Source: Basidiobolus meristosporus CBS 931.73
Lineage: Eukaryota; Fungi; Basidiobolomycota
NCBI GenBank assembly: GCA_002104905.1
Contig: MCFE01000031.1
Span: 154,346 to 218,345, forward strand
Length of the DNA: 64,000 nt
Direction: 5' to 3'
In this document: positions 42,681 to 55,363 of the stretch, in pieces
Layout: each line of letters begins with the position of its first letter
Position numbering within the stretch: the first letter of the stretch is position 1
Program-made: the position numbers and the translations under genes
The notes under the pieces: generated by a model
Told to the model about the DNA's origin: nothing
The model's database searches: none
Seen by the model: the letters and a program-made list of their open reading frames with translations, nothing else

Positions 42681-43026
42681 TGTTGTTTACCCACCAGCAC
42701 AATTGATACGATCTACCGTTACTATGAGCTCTTTATATATTTCCTCCTACTTTGATAATGTATATAATTAACCATCTGTGTATTTCACCGGATGTGTCGC
42801 TACTGAAATTCCCCTCAATATATCGAAGTGCAACCAGAAATCTGGCATTCTTTAGTTTGTACAATTTACTTTATTTACATCCAGAAGCATTCATAGGAAA
42901 TGTACCTGGAAGTAATGGAACTGAAGCTAAAGAGAATGAAGTAGTTGGACTGACATAACTAAACAGAAGAATTCAGTGAAATTAGAAATGGCCCGCAAAG
43001 TATTTAACAGGGAGGGTGCATGCGAT

Positions 43027-43338
43027 TTAATGATTTTGAAGTCTAGGTTGAGTAATCTTTTCTCTGGCCTGGTTCTTCGGAGGTGCTACTGGAGTTCGGT
43101 TCTGCTCCAGTTGGTGGGCTCTCTGGCCCGCCGCGATTTGCGCCTCGAGCTCATGTTCGCGTAGACTTTTCCGGCGTTGATGTTGGACCTCTTCGTCGTC
43201 GAAGCTGTTCTGCGAAGAGTCTATTCTCTGATGGTCGTTCTTCTTAAGAGGGGCAGGGGTTTCTTTACCTTCCTTATGTCTGACACCGGCGGCCTTGGTG
43301 GCTGGGGGGTGTCCTGCTTTGAGTTCTGTGGAATTCAT
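43027..43338 (-). CDS. DAP1/DAPL1 (death-associated protein)-like 103-aa disordered protein
   Basis: N-terminal ELKAGHPPATKAAGVR and C-terminal KITQPR match the two DAP-family motifs (KAGHPPAVKAGGMR .. IQQPRK). Confidence 0.75.
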   Translation of the reverse strand: MNSTELKAGHPPATKAAGVRHKEGKETPAPLKKNDHQRIDSSQNSFDDEEVQHQRRKSLREHELEAQIAAGQRAHQLEQNRTPVAPPKNQAREKITQPRLQNH

Positions 43339-43836
43339 GAAAATAACGAGTATGAAGATTTGACCAGTCAACATCAACTTTTATATTGTTCGTACACTTT
43401 CGTCATCTGGTACCGTGACGCATGTGTGCTGTCCATAACAGTGGTCCAGGCAGATGTGGCTGAGAATACCAGTGCACCCTCGTGACTAGGTACCCATATA
43501 TTCTAGGCACTATTGGTGCTTATCAAATTAAATTGCTGTCATTTGCAATAGCACTAAACTCGGCTCATTTATCGAAGCCACTGGTAAACCAACCAAATGG
43601 TAATATATTATCGTACAGTAAGTGTTAATGACCGCATATTTCGATATATCCTTAATAAAATGTTCCATTTCGACTGGGATAATATATATTTAGTCCTAAT
43701 GAGGGTTAGGGTTAGCTACCCCAGCAGATCCACCGCTGAGCAAGGGCATCCACGTGATTTTTTTCGATCGGTTTCCCGAGGAATATTCGAACATAAAACT
43801 ATCATCCTTCGGAAAAAACACCTTCTCTCTTCGTGA

Positions 43837-44470
<634 letters not shown>

Positions 44471-44956
44471 TTGACATTGTATGTATTTTTTATCAATAAA
44501 CTGAACCATCGTAGATATTATAATACATCATTCATTGTATCAGTCTGCTTTGAGATATTTGCTTGTCCGTAATGTGCCTAGATGTGTTCATGCAAGTTGG
44601 ACGTGGCTGTCAGTTTGATTAGCATTACTCCAATCGTTGGGATTTGAGGGGAATTTATTGGCCAATGGGAGGTCGAGTAGAATCATCGTAGATGAATTTG
44701 ATTGAGCTACGTAAAATTGATGCTCCGAGTATTGATGTGAAAAATCTTTGATGACGGGAACACCGCATGGAATATAGACATCCACAAAATAGCCTTCATT
44801 CTTTCTACTCACTTAGCATTATCAGCCAAGGGAATTACTAGTAAGTAATCTCGATATTTTTCTTTCTGTTTTACGCAGAGATGGATGGATCTCGAATACA
44901 ATGGATGCCATCAACCTTTGTCACGATGCATATTTTAATTTTCTTCTGTCTTAGAA

Positions 44957-45511
44957 ATGGCCACTACTGAACAGCAACCTACCGTCGAAGAAGTCGTTGA
45001 GGACGTCAAGGTCGAGGAAATCGACAGTGATGTTGAGGGTGAAACCAACGCCGATCAAACCATCCACAGCCGTACCGAGAAGAAGGCCCGTAAGGCCATG
45101 GCTAAGCTCGGCTTGAAGCCTGTCGACGGTATCAACCGTGTCACTTTCTGCCGCCCCAGAAACATTTTGTTCGTTATTGCCCAACCCGAGGTCTACAAGA
45201 GCGGAAACTCCGACACCTATGTTGTTTTCGGTGAGTGCAAGATCGAAGATCTCAATGCTGCTGCCAAGGCCGCCGCTGCTCAACAACTCGCCGCTGAACA
45301 AGCTGCTGCTGCCCAAGCTGAAACTGCCGTTGAAGCCGCTCCCGCTGCTGAGGAAGCCGAGGAGGAGGAAGATGTTGATGAGGAAGGTGTTGAAGCCAAG
45401 GACATTGAACTTGTTATGCAACAAGCCAACGTTTCTCGTGGTAAGGCTGTCAAGGCTCTTAAGGCCAACAAGGGTGATATCGTCAACGCTATTATGGAAC
45501 TCACCATGTAA
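44957..45511 (+). CDS. EGD2: Nascent polypeptide-associated complex alpha subunit
   Basis: [38 protein letters not shown]; UBA domain [24 protein letters not shown]. Confidence 0.96.
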   Translation: MATTEQQPTVEEVVEDVKVEEIDSDVEGETNADQTIHSRTEKKARKAMAKLGLKPVDGINRVTFCRPRNILFVIAQPEVYKSGNSDTYVVFGECKIEDLNAAAKAAAAQQLAAEQAAAAQAETAVEAAPAAEEAEEEEDVDEEGVEAKDIELVMQQANVSRGKAVKALKANKGDIVNAIMELTM

Positions 45512-45753
45512 AGTTGCCATATAACGCCACAGTATACCCCAAAACTCCTGTTTGGTCTTTCATAACTAATAAATACAAGTCCTCGACACTTTTGTTCTTA
45601 ATTTTATGATGGTTTGTCAAGTGGGTGAGCTCATCGTGGTCTGAAGTATTAGAATGATCATATTATTTATGCTATTGCTGGATGATAGTTTAGAAGAAAA
45701 TCCCAGTTTTGGGTTTATGGAAATGTTTATACGAACGTTCGGGAAAATACAAA

Positions 45754-46382
45754 TCATTTTGACGAACCGCCACGAACATATTGGGCGACAATACTGGTGA
45801 AGTACTCTCCTTGATGAACAGCTACCTCCAATTCCTTGGCTGATGGCATTCTGGAGCCATCTCCATTAGTGATGGTTCCAGCACCATAAGCACTTCCACC
45901 AATCACCTCGCTGTTGTCACTCAGGTGTGGTGAGGTGAAGCCCAATGGCACGTAGATGATCCCATGGTGGGTAAGGGTGGTGAGGGAGGTCAAGGCTGTG
46001 GTCTCTTGCCACCGTGTTGGGATGCGGTGGAGAAGAAGAAGGTGGCCATCTTCTTGGCGTAGGCACCGCGAGCCCAGAAGGCACCAGTAGCATCCCAGAA
46101 TGCTCTCCATTGGCCTGGCATGGCTCCGTATCTGGTGGGTATACCGAAGATGAGGCCATCAGCCTCCTCCATGAGCTCTGGTGTGATCACTGGAATGTCG
46201 GGCTTGGGTGGAGCATGCATCTTGTCAAGAATCTCCTGCGACAGGGTCTCGGGCACCTGGAAGATTGACACCTCCACATTGTCGACCTTCTCAACACCCT
46301 CCTTGATGGCAAGGGCGAGTTTGTAGATGTGATGGTAGACGGTGTGGATGATGATGAAGATCTTTGTCTTTTGGGAAGCCAT
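45754..46382 (-). pseudogene. Flavodoxin-like NAD(P)H:quinone oxidoreductase (WrbA/Pst2-like), copy 1, with a 1-bp deletion at about 46008 (pseudogene or assembly error)
   Basis: Near-identical to 46984-47607 but reads GGTGGCAAGAG instead of GGTGGCCAAGAG; span is 629 nt. Confidence 0.85.
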
Positions 46383-47600
46383 GATGCAGAGTGATGGTTG
46401 AGAGAGTAGTAGTGAGAGATGCGCCACTTGTTTGATAGTGTTTGGTGATACTACTTGACATGCTTTATATTGTCAAATCTGAATCCGAATATTCGTGCCC
46501 CGGAGCATTATCCCAATTGACAGGATGTGATCGGATATTACACCTGTATGGGGAAATCGTCAGATAGCATTTGAAATTAATCCCAAAAAATACGTACCAA
46601 TGCGTTTGTCGCCATGTCAACCTATACACCAAATGTACCTGACATCAAGTGACATTGCTGTGTGTGACTACTTCTGAAATGTATATCACATCAGAGTGCG
46701 ACTTGAATCTGGTTAATACAGAGCTCATAATACTCCTTAGGTTGCTGCTTAATGCTGCTATGCGATTTTGCAAATTATGTAATACAATATCATGAAATTA
46801 ATCGCAATTTATCCGAATTCACCCGACATAATCCGTTGGAAAGCTTAGAAATAGAGAAATACTCCGATGGAGGAGCGCTCAAACTCTGAGTGCCTATATA
46901 AAGCATGCCAAGAAGCGTCACCAAACACTATCAAACAAGTGGCGCATCTCTCACTACTACTCTCTCAACCATCACTCTGCATCATGGCTTCCCAAAAGAC
47001 AAAGGTCTTCATCATCATCCACACCGTCTACCATCACATCTACAAACTCGCCCTTGCCATCAAGGAGGGTGTTGAGAAGGTCGACAATGTGGAGGTGTCA
47101 ATCTTCCAGGTGCCCGAGACCCTGTCGCAGGAGATTCTTGACAAGATGCATGCTCCACCCAAGCCCGACATTCCAGTGATCACACCAGAGCTCATGGAGG
47201 AGGCTGATGGCCTCATCTTCGGTATACCCACCAGATACGGAGCCATGCCAGGCCAATGGAGAGCATTCTGGGATGCTACTGGTGCCTTCTGGGCTCGCGG
47301 TGCCTACGCCAAGAAGATGGCCACCTTCTTCTTCTCCACCGCATCCCAACACGGTGGCCAAGAGACCACAGCCTTGACCTCCCTCACCACCCTTACCCAC
47401 CATGGGATCATCTACGTGCCATTGGGCTTCACCTCACCACACCTGAGTGACAACAGCGAGGTGATTGGTGGAAGTGCTTATGGTGCCGGGACCATTGCCA
47501 ATGGAGATGGCTCAAGAATGCCATCCGCCAAGGAATTGGAGGTAGCTGTTCACCAGGGAGAGTACTTCACCAGTATTGTTGCTCAGTATGTTCGTGGTAG
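45760..47600. repeat. Large inverted repeat: arms about 45760-46470 and 46897-47600, spacer about 426 bp
   Basis: Arms match from the TATAAAGC box through the coding sequence. Confidence 0.95.
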
Positions 47601-47607
47601 AGAATAA
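46984..47607 (+). CDS. Flavodoxin-like NAD(P)H:quinone oxidoreductase (WrbA/Pst2-like), copy 2, intact
   Basis: FGIPTRYG, FWDATG, FFSTASQHGGQETT, HHGIIYVPLG, GGSAYGAGTIA..DGSRMPS..EL. Confidence 0.95.
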   Translation: MASQKTKVFIIIHTVYHHIYKLALAIKEGVEKVDNVEVSIFQVPETLSQEILDKMHAPPKPDIPVITPELMEEADGLIFGIPTRYGAMPGQWRAFWDATGAFWARGAYAKKMATFFFSTASQHGGQETTALTSLTTLTHHGIIYVPLGFTSPHLSDNSEVIGGSAYGAGTIANGDGSRMPSAKELEVAVHQGEYFTSIVAQYVRGRE

Positions 47608-47718
47608 GCAACTATTCATGTTACTCCATCTTGTAATTTAAATGCCCTGTGTGACTTAGAGCTCTTGATAATACTTTCTCCATGCAATAAATATACTTTT
47701 CTCGAGTGATCTCCTTTT

Positions 47719-50700
47719 TGTTGTAAAAATTCGGAATTCCACCTAAATATTCACCTAACTTAGTCACTTAGATCTTTACCTTCAAATCCCAGAGAAAACT
47801 GACCAAATTCCTTGTCAGGATTTACTTGGAATATTTACCCAGAACATGAAAATTCTCAAAGTTGTCCAAACAGCCCCAAACTTTGCACACATGTTCTTGG
47901 GACCTTCCTTAACCTATTCTATGTGTTTGTTATGCCAAGACCATGTAAAAGTATAAATACTACTTTTACATTCAATAAATTGCTAAGTGAAAACCACATA
48001 ATCTACTTGTTCTCCCAATCACTTCCAATATCTCCAAGACTCCTACTACAGATTATGAGCCCCGAGCTGGCACTATCTGCAATGACTACTACTGCTATTA
48101 CTGGAAGTTTCCCCTCTGCTGAAATTTTGGATGGATCTAACTACCAAGTGTGGAAGGTGAAGATGAAGATGCTGCTACAAGAAAGAGGCCTTTGGGATAT
48201 TGTCTTGGGAGAAGAATGCCCTCCTAAAAATGCGGGAGAGGAAGCCTTAAAGTACCAGAAGAAAGAACAAAGTGCCTTTAACTGCATTTGCCTTAATGTT
48301 AAGGACAAATTACTAATTCAATGCTCAAGAGCAAAAACAGCAAAGAATGCCTGGAAGGCATTAGAAGACACCTACCAGTCATGTTCAGCTACTAAGAGAA
48401 TGTATCTGAAACAAAAATTCTTTACTACAAAGATGCTGCCAGGAGAAGAAATGAAAATCTATTTAACAGAATTACCCCACTGGTAGATGAGATGGAATCT
48501 GTGGGCGTACCAACTACTGATGAGGATGTGATAGTTACCATCCTGAATAGCCTGACAGACAAGTTTCAGGGCCTTGTATCAGCCCTAGAGTCCAGAACTG
48601 AAGATTTGACCTTAACTTACATATATGGAGGCTCCTGGATGAAGAATTAAGAAAATCAAGCGCCAATAAGAAGGAAGAAGAAAATGCTTTAATAAGCAAT
48701 GATAACCAACAAAGGAGGTACCTAAGACCTTACAAAGGCAACAGCAACCTGTTTTGCAACTACTGAAAAAGGAAAGGACACACATTGGATTGGTGCCTCA
48801 AAAAGAGAGATAGTCAGCAGAAAAAGCCTGAGTATGGAAATGCTGCAACAACTGAAGATAGACTACTCATATCAGCACTAAATATGACCACAAACAAGAA
48901 TTCTCAGACATGGTGTATTGACTCTGGAGCATCTCAACATTTTACATACCAAAAAGAACTTTTTACCCAATATCAAGAAATCCCAATTAAGAAGGTATTC
49001 ATGGGTGACAATAGACCACTTAATGCAGTGGGAGAAGGACCTATCCAAGTAAACCTAAGAAGCAGTGAAGGAAGCCATACACTGACCTTTAAAGAAGTAC
49101 TTTATGTACCAGAAATAGCCAAGAACCTACTATCTGTAAGCAAGGCCACAGCAGAAGGACTCTGTTTGAGCTTTGACATTTCTGGATGTAAGATCACTGA
49201 TCAAAATGGTGTCCATATTGCTTCAGGTATCAGAGATCTGAATCTATACAAGCTGACTTATATTCCATCATGTCTGGAAGCCAGTATAAGTAACTTAAAT
49301 GAAGAAATACCAATGCTTTGGCACAGGAGATTTGGGCACATCAATTTTGATTATTTGTGCAAAATGATCAAAGATCAGCTAATTTCCAGAGTAAAAATTG
49401 ATCCCCCAGCTAGTTTGGAGCACTGTGAAGCCTGCATATATGGGAAACAAGCCAGACAGCTGTTCAAGAGCTCTTGATTAATCAAAACTAAGAAAAACTA
49501 GATCTAATTCACTCAGATCTGTGCAGGCCTATGCACAATTTATCCTTAGGTGGAATGAAGTATTTAATCACTTTTATTGATGATTATACAAGATACCTGT
49601 GGGTTTACTTCATGGAGAGAAAGGAAGAAGCTCTGTCTAAGTTCAGGGAGTTCAAAGCCATGGTGGAGAGAGAAACTGGTGAAAAAATCAAGAAAATATG
49701 CTCTGACAATGGTGGAGAATATACCTCAAAACTCTTTATCCACTTCTGCAAAATTCATGGGATAAAGCAAGAGACTACTGTGCCATACTCCCCACAGCAA
49801 AATCAAGTAGTAGAAAGTGATAACAGATCAATAATTAGCATGGCCAGATCTATGATCCATGATCAAGAATTATCCTATGAATTTTGGGTGGAACCAGTTG
49901 CCACAGCTTTACACCTTAAAAATAGGAGTTATAGCGTAATACTTTGTGATACTACTTTATTTGAAGCATGGTATGGATACAGACCAAGTGCAGAACATCT
50001 AAGAATATCTGGGTGTGCAGCATATGCCCTGAAATCAGTCAAAATTTGAGCCAAAAAATGTAAAATGCATATTTTTGGGCTACTGCAATGAGAGTAAAGC
50101 ATACAGACTCTACAATACCAAAGCAAAGAAGCTAATCAAGTCCTGGGATGTGTTGTTTGATCAAGATTCCAAATTTTCACAAAAAATGACATCAGATGAT
50201 GACAAGAATCTGATCCCAAGTCCACCAATTGTCAGGATTGAATCAGAGCAAAACAATGAAGATTTTTTCACTCCAGAGGACTCCACAACCATGGTTCTGC
50301 CAGAATCAGTGCCCAGGAATATCCCAGAAGTGATCATTCCAGTGTCAAATGCCTGGAGATCCAATCAGACAAGAAATAGCCCAAATTACAATATCAATGA
50401 GGGTACAAACTTAGCCTATGCTTATTCAGTCCATATTGATGAGCCTTAGACTGTAAAAGAGGCCCCAAATAGCCCTCAGAAATAGTTTTAGAGATCTGCA
50501 ATGACTGAGGAATATTAGGCCATGATGGAAAATCAAACCTGGGACTTAGTCAATTACCAATCAACCAAAAATCAGTTGGATGCAGATGGGTCTGCAAGAC
50601 AAATACAAGGCTGATGGTACAATTGAAAGTTACAAAGCAAGACTTGTGGCCAAGGGATACTCTCAAACAAAAGGACTTGACTATACCGAGACCTTTGCAC

Positions 50701-50805
50701 TGGTAGCCAAGTTTAATTCCATCAGATTGATATTGGCAATTGCAGCCAAATACAAGTTTTTTATACATCAAATGGAAGTAAAAGCTGCATTTTTAAATAG
50801 AGAAC
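47719..50805 (+). mobile_element. Ty1/copia LTR retrotransposon, degraded copy 1 (5' LTR 47719-48050, gag-pol with stops and frameshifts, truncated in RT)
   Basis: LTR starts TGTTGTAAAA; degenerate PBS GATTATGAGCCC; [34 protein letters not shown]. Ends at a CTAGGGGGG junction. Confidence 0.96.
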
Positions 50806-51746
50806 CTAGGGGGGAGACAGTCACCAACAGGTGATATCTTTATTTCAGTTGAAACATAGAAGTCAGCACTACTTTTATAGCTTTGATACTGTTGTAAGAG
50901 TCTTGGAGATATTGGAAGTGATTTGGAGAACAAGTAGATTATGTGGTCTTCACTTAATGATTTATTGAATGTAAAAATAATATTTATACTTTTACATGGT
51001 CTTGGCATTACACACATGTAGAATAGGTTAAGGAAGGTCCCAAGAACATGTGTGCAAAGTTTGGGGCTGCTTGGACCACTTTGAGAATTCTCATGTTTTG
51101 GGTACCTGGTATTTTGGTGAAAATATTCTAAGTAAATCCCGATAAGGAATTTGGTCAGTATTCTCTAGGATTTGAAGGTGATGATCTAAGTGACTAAGTT
51201 AGGTGAATATTTAGGTGGAAATACAAACTTTACAACAGATACAAGAGTGTGTGGCTGAGGGGAATATGTAGGTAAGTTAACAAGAAGTGATGATAGTTCT
51301 TCAGTGCTCAAGACACTGTTCAGTGGGAAGGGGGGTAGCAAGAGGGGTAAGAATGATTTGTGAGCAACATTAATGAGGGGAATAAGATAAGGATTGATAT
51401 TTATCATAAAGGGAGTGTGCTGCTTCAGATATTGCTGCCAAAGGTCTGTCAAGTACTTCAGGTAGGCCAGCTTGGGTTTTTCTGACTGCAGAATATAGCA
51501 AACTTCTTGACTTCAGGATTGCCAAGTATAGTTCTCCAGCAGGAGTCAGGTGTAGTGTGGTGTGTTCTCTTCCAGGCCTTGATTAGTGGGTTGTTGCAGT
51601 GGTGAAGTCTGAGATATAATCCAGTTCTAAGGTACAGAAGTCTGATCTTATAGGGCATAAACCCAAAAGCACCAAGAATAGCATGTCTGTAGGGGCATTC
51701 AGGCAGATGAGGCACCAGGGATGTAATGCACCAGACTGCAAACTTG
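50806..51746 (-). mobile_element. Telomere-type non-LTR unit, family B, copy 1 (3' part of RT ORF, degraded), interrupted by a solo LTR
   Basis: Aligns with 56131-56725; PHLPECPYRHAILGAFGFMPYKIRLLY; terminal TCACC-AACA-GGTGA hairpin. Confidence 0.88.
50890..51237 (-). mobile_element. Solo copia LTR (348 bp) with 5-bp target-site duplication GATAC
   Basis: Reverse complement of the LTR at 57291-57638; TGTTGTAA..TTACAACA termini; GATAC at 50885-50889 and 51238-51242. Confidence 0.96.
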
Positions 51747-54700
51747 TTAGGGTGTAGGTGTTATAGTAAGGGCTAGGAAAAGGTTAGAAGAGCAGGGGGT
51801 CTGGAAGAAACAGTCCCCTAGAGCATAAAAAAGCAAGGGGTTTGGGGGATGCAATCCCCCATACTGCTCCCATACTTTTTAAATTCCCTTTGGATTACTT
51901 TTCTCTCATTCTTAGTTCTGGTCCCTTAGGGTTAGAATTCCTCCTCATAACCCTTATCACCCTAACCATAAATATTTTTACCCTTGTTGTATCCAAGAGA
52001 AAGTGTAATAAAACTCTTGAATGATTTAACTGAACCAAAGGGACAATTAAGTGCAGAATCTTAGAATTGTCAGAGAGTGGCGGAAATATTAGCAGAAAGA
52101 TTCTGATCTAATATTGGTCTTGGATATAGCTGGGTTGGCTATAAAGGCAATGATATTTGTTTGCTAGGCAGGCTAGGCTTGGTGTTCTTTGGAGTGCTAG
52201 ATATACTAGGCTTGGATAGAAACTAGAACGGAATTGTTGGATTCTTATTTTTGCTGAGACAGAATCTTAATTTCGTTGAGACACACACTAAACCAAAAGG
52301 TTCAGTAAACTTTATTTATACTTTTCTGATCAAGTTGAATTAGTCAGCGCCAAGGGACTGGATTGATTGAAATCAATTTGGGTGTTCATAGGTGCATAAG
52401 ATAAATGAAAATTACATCATCAATCAACTGATGTCTTGGCAACTGCACAGTGGTTGGATAGATCTCAGATGACTAATCACCTGGGAAGGCTTGGCAGATA
52501 GGTTGATAACGTAATGACCATTTGGAAATAGATCAGGTGTGATAGCTAAAAATAGATTCTGAGGTGGGATAAAATAAACTGTAACTGGGATTTGTTATGT
52601 TTGGGTTAGGGAAAATCAGTTAGGGTACTAGATTTTCAAACGGAGTAAAATTGGCTAAGTTTTAAATGTTGATGCACAACAACCCTACAATTGGCACATT
52701 GTCTGCTCATATAGTGGGCAAGTCTAGGCCAATATTTATCTCCCTGTACTGTCCATATGCTCTGTATAAATCTTAATGACTGTTTAATTAATAAATTGTT
52801 ACTTTTAATGTATATCTAATAATTAATGGGAATCATCCCAAACTGGCCACAATCCCATATTTTGATAAGCTTTGGGCACCATAAATTGCACGGCCCTAAT
52901 ATGATAAAAAATTCATGGCCAATACAAATTTTCTGTAACCCAATTGCTTTTACCAAATATAAAGTGTATCCCAAAGTTCAATATATATTATGGCTATAAT
53001 AGAAACTTTATTTGACACCATTGCAACTACTACTTGTGTTCTATGTGCACATGTATCCTGCAGGAATCGTAAAACTTAGCCACATAGTACAAAAGTGTTT
53101 TTATTTTTCATCATGATAGTTTTACATGAGTTCCTAACGCACTTTGGAAGTACACAGTAGCCATACCCCAACAGGTTTTAAGGATGTCCACTAGCTACGT
53201 CTACTTGTGTCTAACAAGAGCCATCAATCATCAGCTGTGTGATACTGAAATGCTTTTATTTTTCATCATACTAGTTTTGTATGAATCCCTAACGCACTTT
53301 CATAGTGCACGGTAACCATACCCCAACAGGTTTTAAGGATACCCACTTGCTATGTTTACTTGTGTCTAGCAGGAGTCATCAATCATCAGCTGTGCGGTAA
53401 TAAAGTGCTTTTATTTTTCATCACAATAGTTTTACATGAGTCCCTAACGCACTTTCATAGTGTGCGGTAACCATACCCCCAGAAAGTAGTGTGGATGCTT
53501 ACTTTAAACGCTCACTTGTGTATTGTAGGGACTATCAACAAACAGCCGTGTGGGAATGGAACATCATAGAAAAGTATTGCTTTGTTGTTAGCAAGTATTG
53601 ATGCGCAAATATTGGTACAATGTGAATTATTGAGTAACTATTTACTTTAGTTGGTTCCATGATATTCCTAGACAATATGCTCAAAATCAATATTAGCATC
53701 AATAGCTTGCTCTTTGATCACTAAACCACCGCACCCAATATGTGGTGGTCTTGGTTTTGTCTAGCCATCAAGGAATGAAACCAGAGTACAGTCACAAGAG
53801 AGGCAAAAGTGAAATGTGATGAAGTAAGTGTATATGAAAGTAATATAAATCTACAGGACAGAAGAGAACAACTAGTAGTTGAACAGCACTCACTGACACT
53901 CCACCAAGTAGAGCACCAACACGGACAATAAATAAGCCATGAGGGGAAAGCTTAAGGACCGCTACTTGGGGATCAAGACCAAAAGAGGAAGCTGCCTCTA
54001 CCATAGCAGTCCTTGTGCTCCAAAGGAAGACCAAGAGTCTACTATAGACAAAGATTGTGGCAAGAAGAGCAGTACAATTACCAGTCTGGTAGTGGTACCT
54101 TTGGAAGTCCCAAATACCTGGAGAAAACTTGGAAAAAATTGGCAGATGACTCAGTTGCCCTGAGGAGAAAACAAACCAATGCAATTGAGCAGTTCCAAAA
54201 TGAACTTCAGCTTAGTTCTTCTTTGCCTCACTATAAAGTACTCCAAGTGGCTTATTTGGATTATAAGCGTATGAAGGAGAATCAGGCAGAGACTGATAAA
54301 TTAAGTGATAGTCAATTGCATCACTTCTTAGATCAGGTAGAGAAACAGTTGCACAGCCAAGAGACGGAACAAGAATTGACAATTACAGAAACTAAATAAT
54401 TTTGCCAATGTAGTTTTGCATATTAATAAAATAAAAGGGTGTTAATAAGAACAGAATAAAGTTAACTATGTGTACATCAAATGATTCAAATACTGGCTAG
54501 ATGGATGTTACATAGGAGCAAGAAGCTCAGTAACCTCAAAGGAAAGATATGATAAATGGGCCACCAACATCATCCAAATGAGTATAAAAGTGGAGAAAGT
54601 AGACATAATCCTTCATAAAAAACAAGAAGCATGGAAGCAGGCAGTAGCCAGGTAGATGCCAGGAGTGAAGGTAGAGTACAAAGAGAGCAAGGAAGGGGAC

Positions 54701-55068
54701 AAGGATGTGGAAGAGGACGCAGAACTGGGCGCAAAAGAGGAAGAGGGCAAGGAAGTGGCCAAATCCAAGAGGAGTGTGAAGGAGGTGTTGCAGCAAATGT
54801 GAATGATGCTGAGCAAGTTGCTGTTGTCACTACCAGGCAGCCGGTTAACCAAGTTTCCCAAGCATTATCAAAGGTTTGACAAGAGCTTCTGGAATATAGG
54901 ACAACATTGCACCATGAGATATTGCAACATATGTGCCAGGAGATTAAGCAGAGGAGGGGTGATATTGTAAAGCTAAATCAGGATATTGCTGGACTTCAAG
55001 CCCAGATTGATTTCAGTTTCCACCATTCTACTGAGGCATTAGTGGCACAAATGGTGGAAAAGTTTGCC
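51747..55068. other. Unassigned 3.3-kb segment D, bounded by TTAGGG junctions; decayed ORFs, GC hairpins and a tandem repeat
   Basis: Its first 39 bp or so recur at 56094-56134; hairpins GGGGGATGCAATCCCCC near 51845; no recognisable protein family. Confidence 0.5.
53092..53480. repeat. Tandem repeat, 155-bp period, about 2.5 copies
   Basis: TG(T/C)TTTTATTTTTCATC recurs at 53096, 53251 and 53406 with matching intervening sequence. Confidence 0.9.
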
Positions 55069-55107
55069 TTAGGGTTAGGGGGGAGACAGTCACCAACAGG
55101 TGAGATC
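55069..55107 (-). mobile_element. 39-bp stub of a family B 3' end (telomeric repeats plus first hairpin only)
   Basis: TTAGGGTTAGGGGGGAGACAGTCACCAACAGGTGAGATC followed immediately by another TTAGGGTTAGGG. Confidence 0.85.
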
Positions 55108-55363
55108 TTAGGGTTAGGGGGGAGGGAAAGTCACCAAGTTGGTGAAATCTTTATTTGAGTTAAGAACTAATCTAAGTACAAATAGAGAAGCCAATTTAGA
55201 GGTCTAGAATCTCTCTAATAAGTAATCTAATTTATGTTTTGTTTCATCTCTAATGTTTGTTTCAATAGAGTAAAGCTCATCAGGGGTAAATATAAAATTC
55301 AGGAGTTTTGGGGGAAGTACAAATTGTAGATGTTTCTGATCAATATAATCCAAGACTGGAACC
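55108..55363 (-). mobile_element. 256-bp 3' stub of a family A unit
   Basis: Near-identical to 60742-60990; truncated at GGAACC|TTAGGG. Confidence 0.9.

Noticed and set aside
46984-47607. Bacterial horizontal origin of the intronless WrbA-like genes
   Set aside because: Flavodoxin-like quinone reductases (Pst2/Ycp4 type) are native to fungi; lack of introns alone is not evidence.
55081-55160. Hammerhead ribozyme in the repeated hairpin/GAAA motif (as in Penelope-like pLTRs)
   Set aside because: No CUGANGA core on either strand at the required position; GAAA is on the non-coding strand and is not conserved in all copies.
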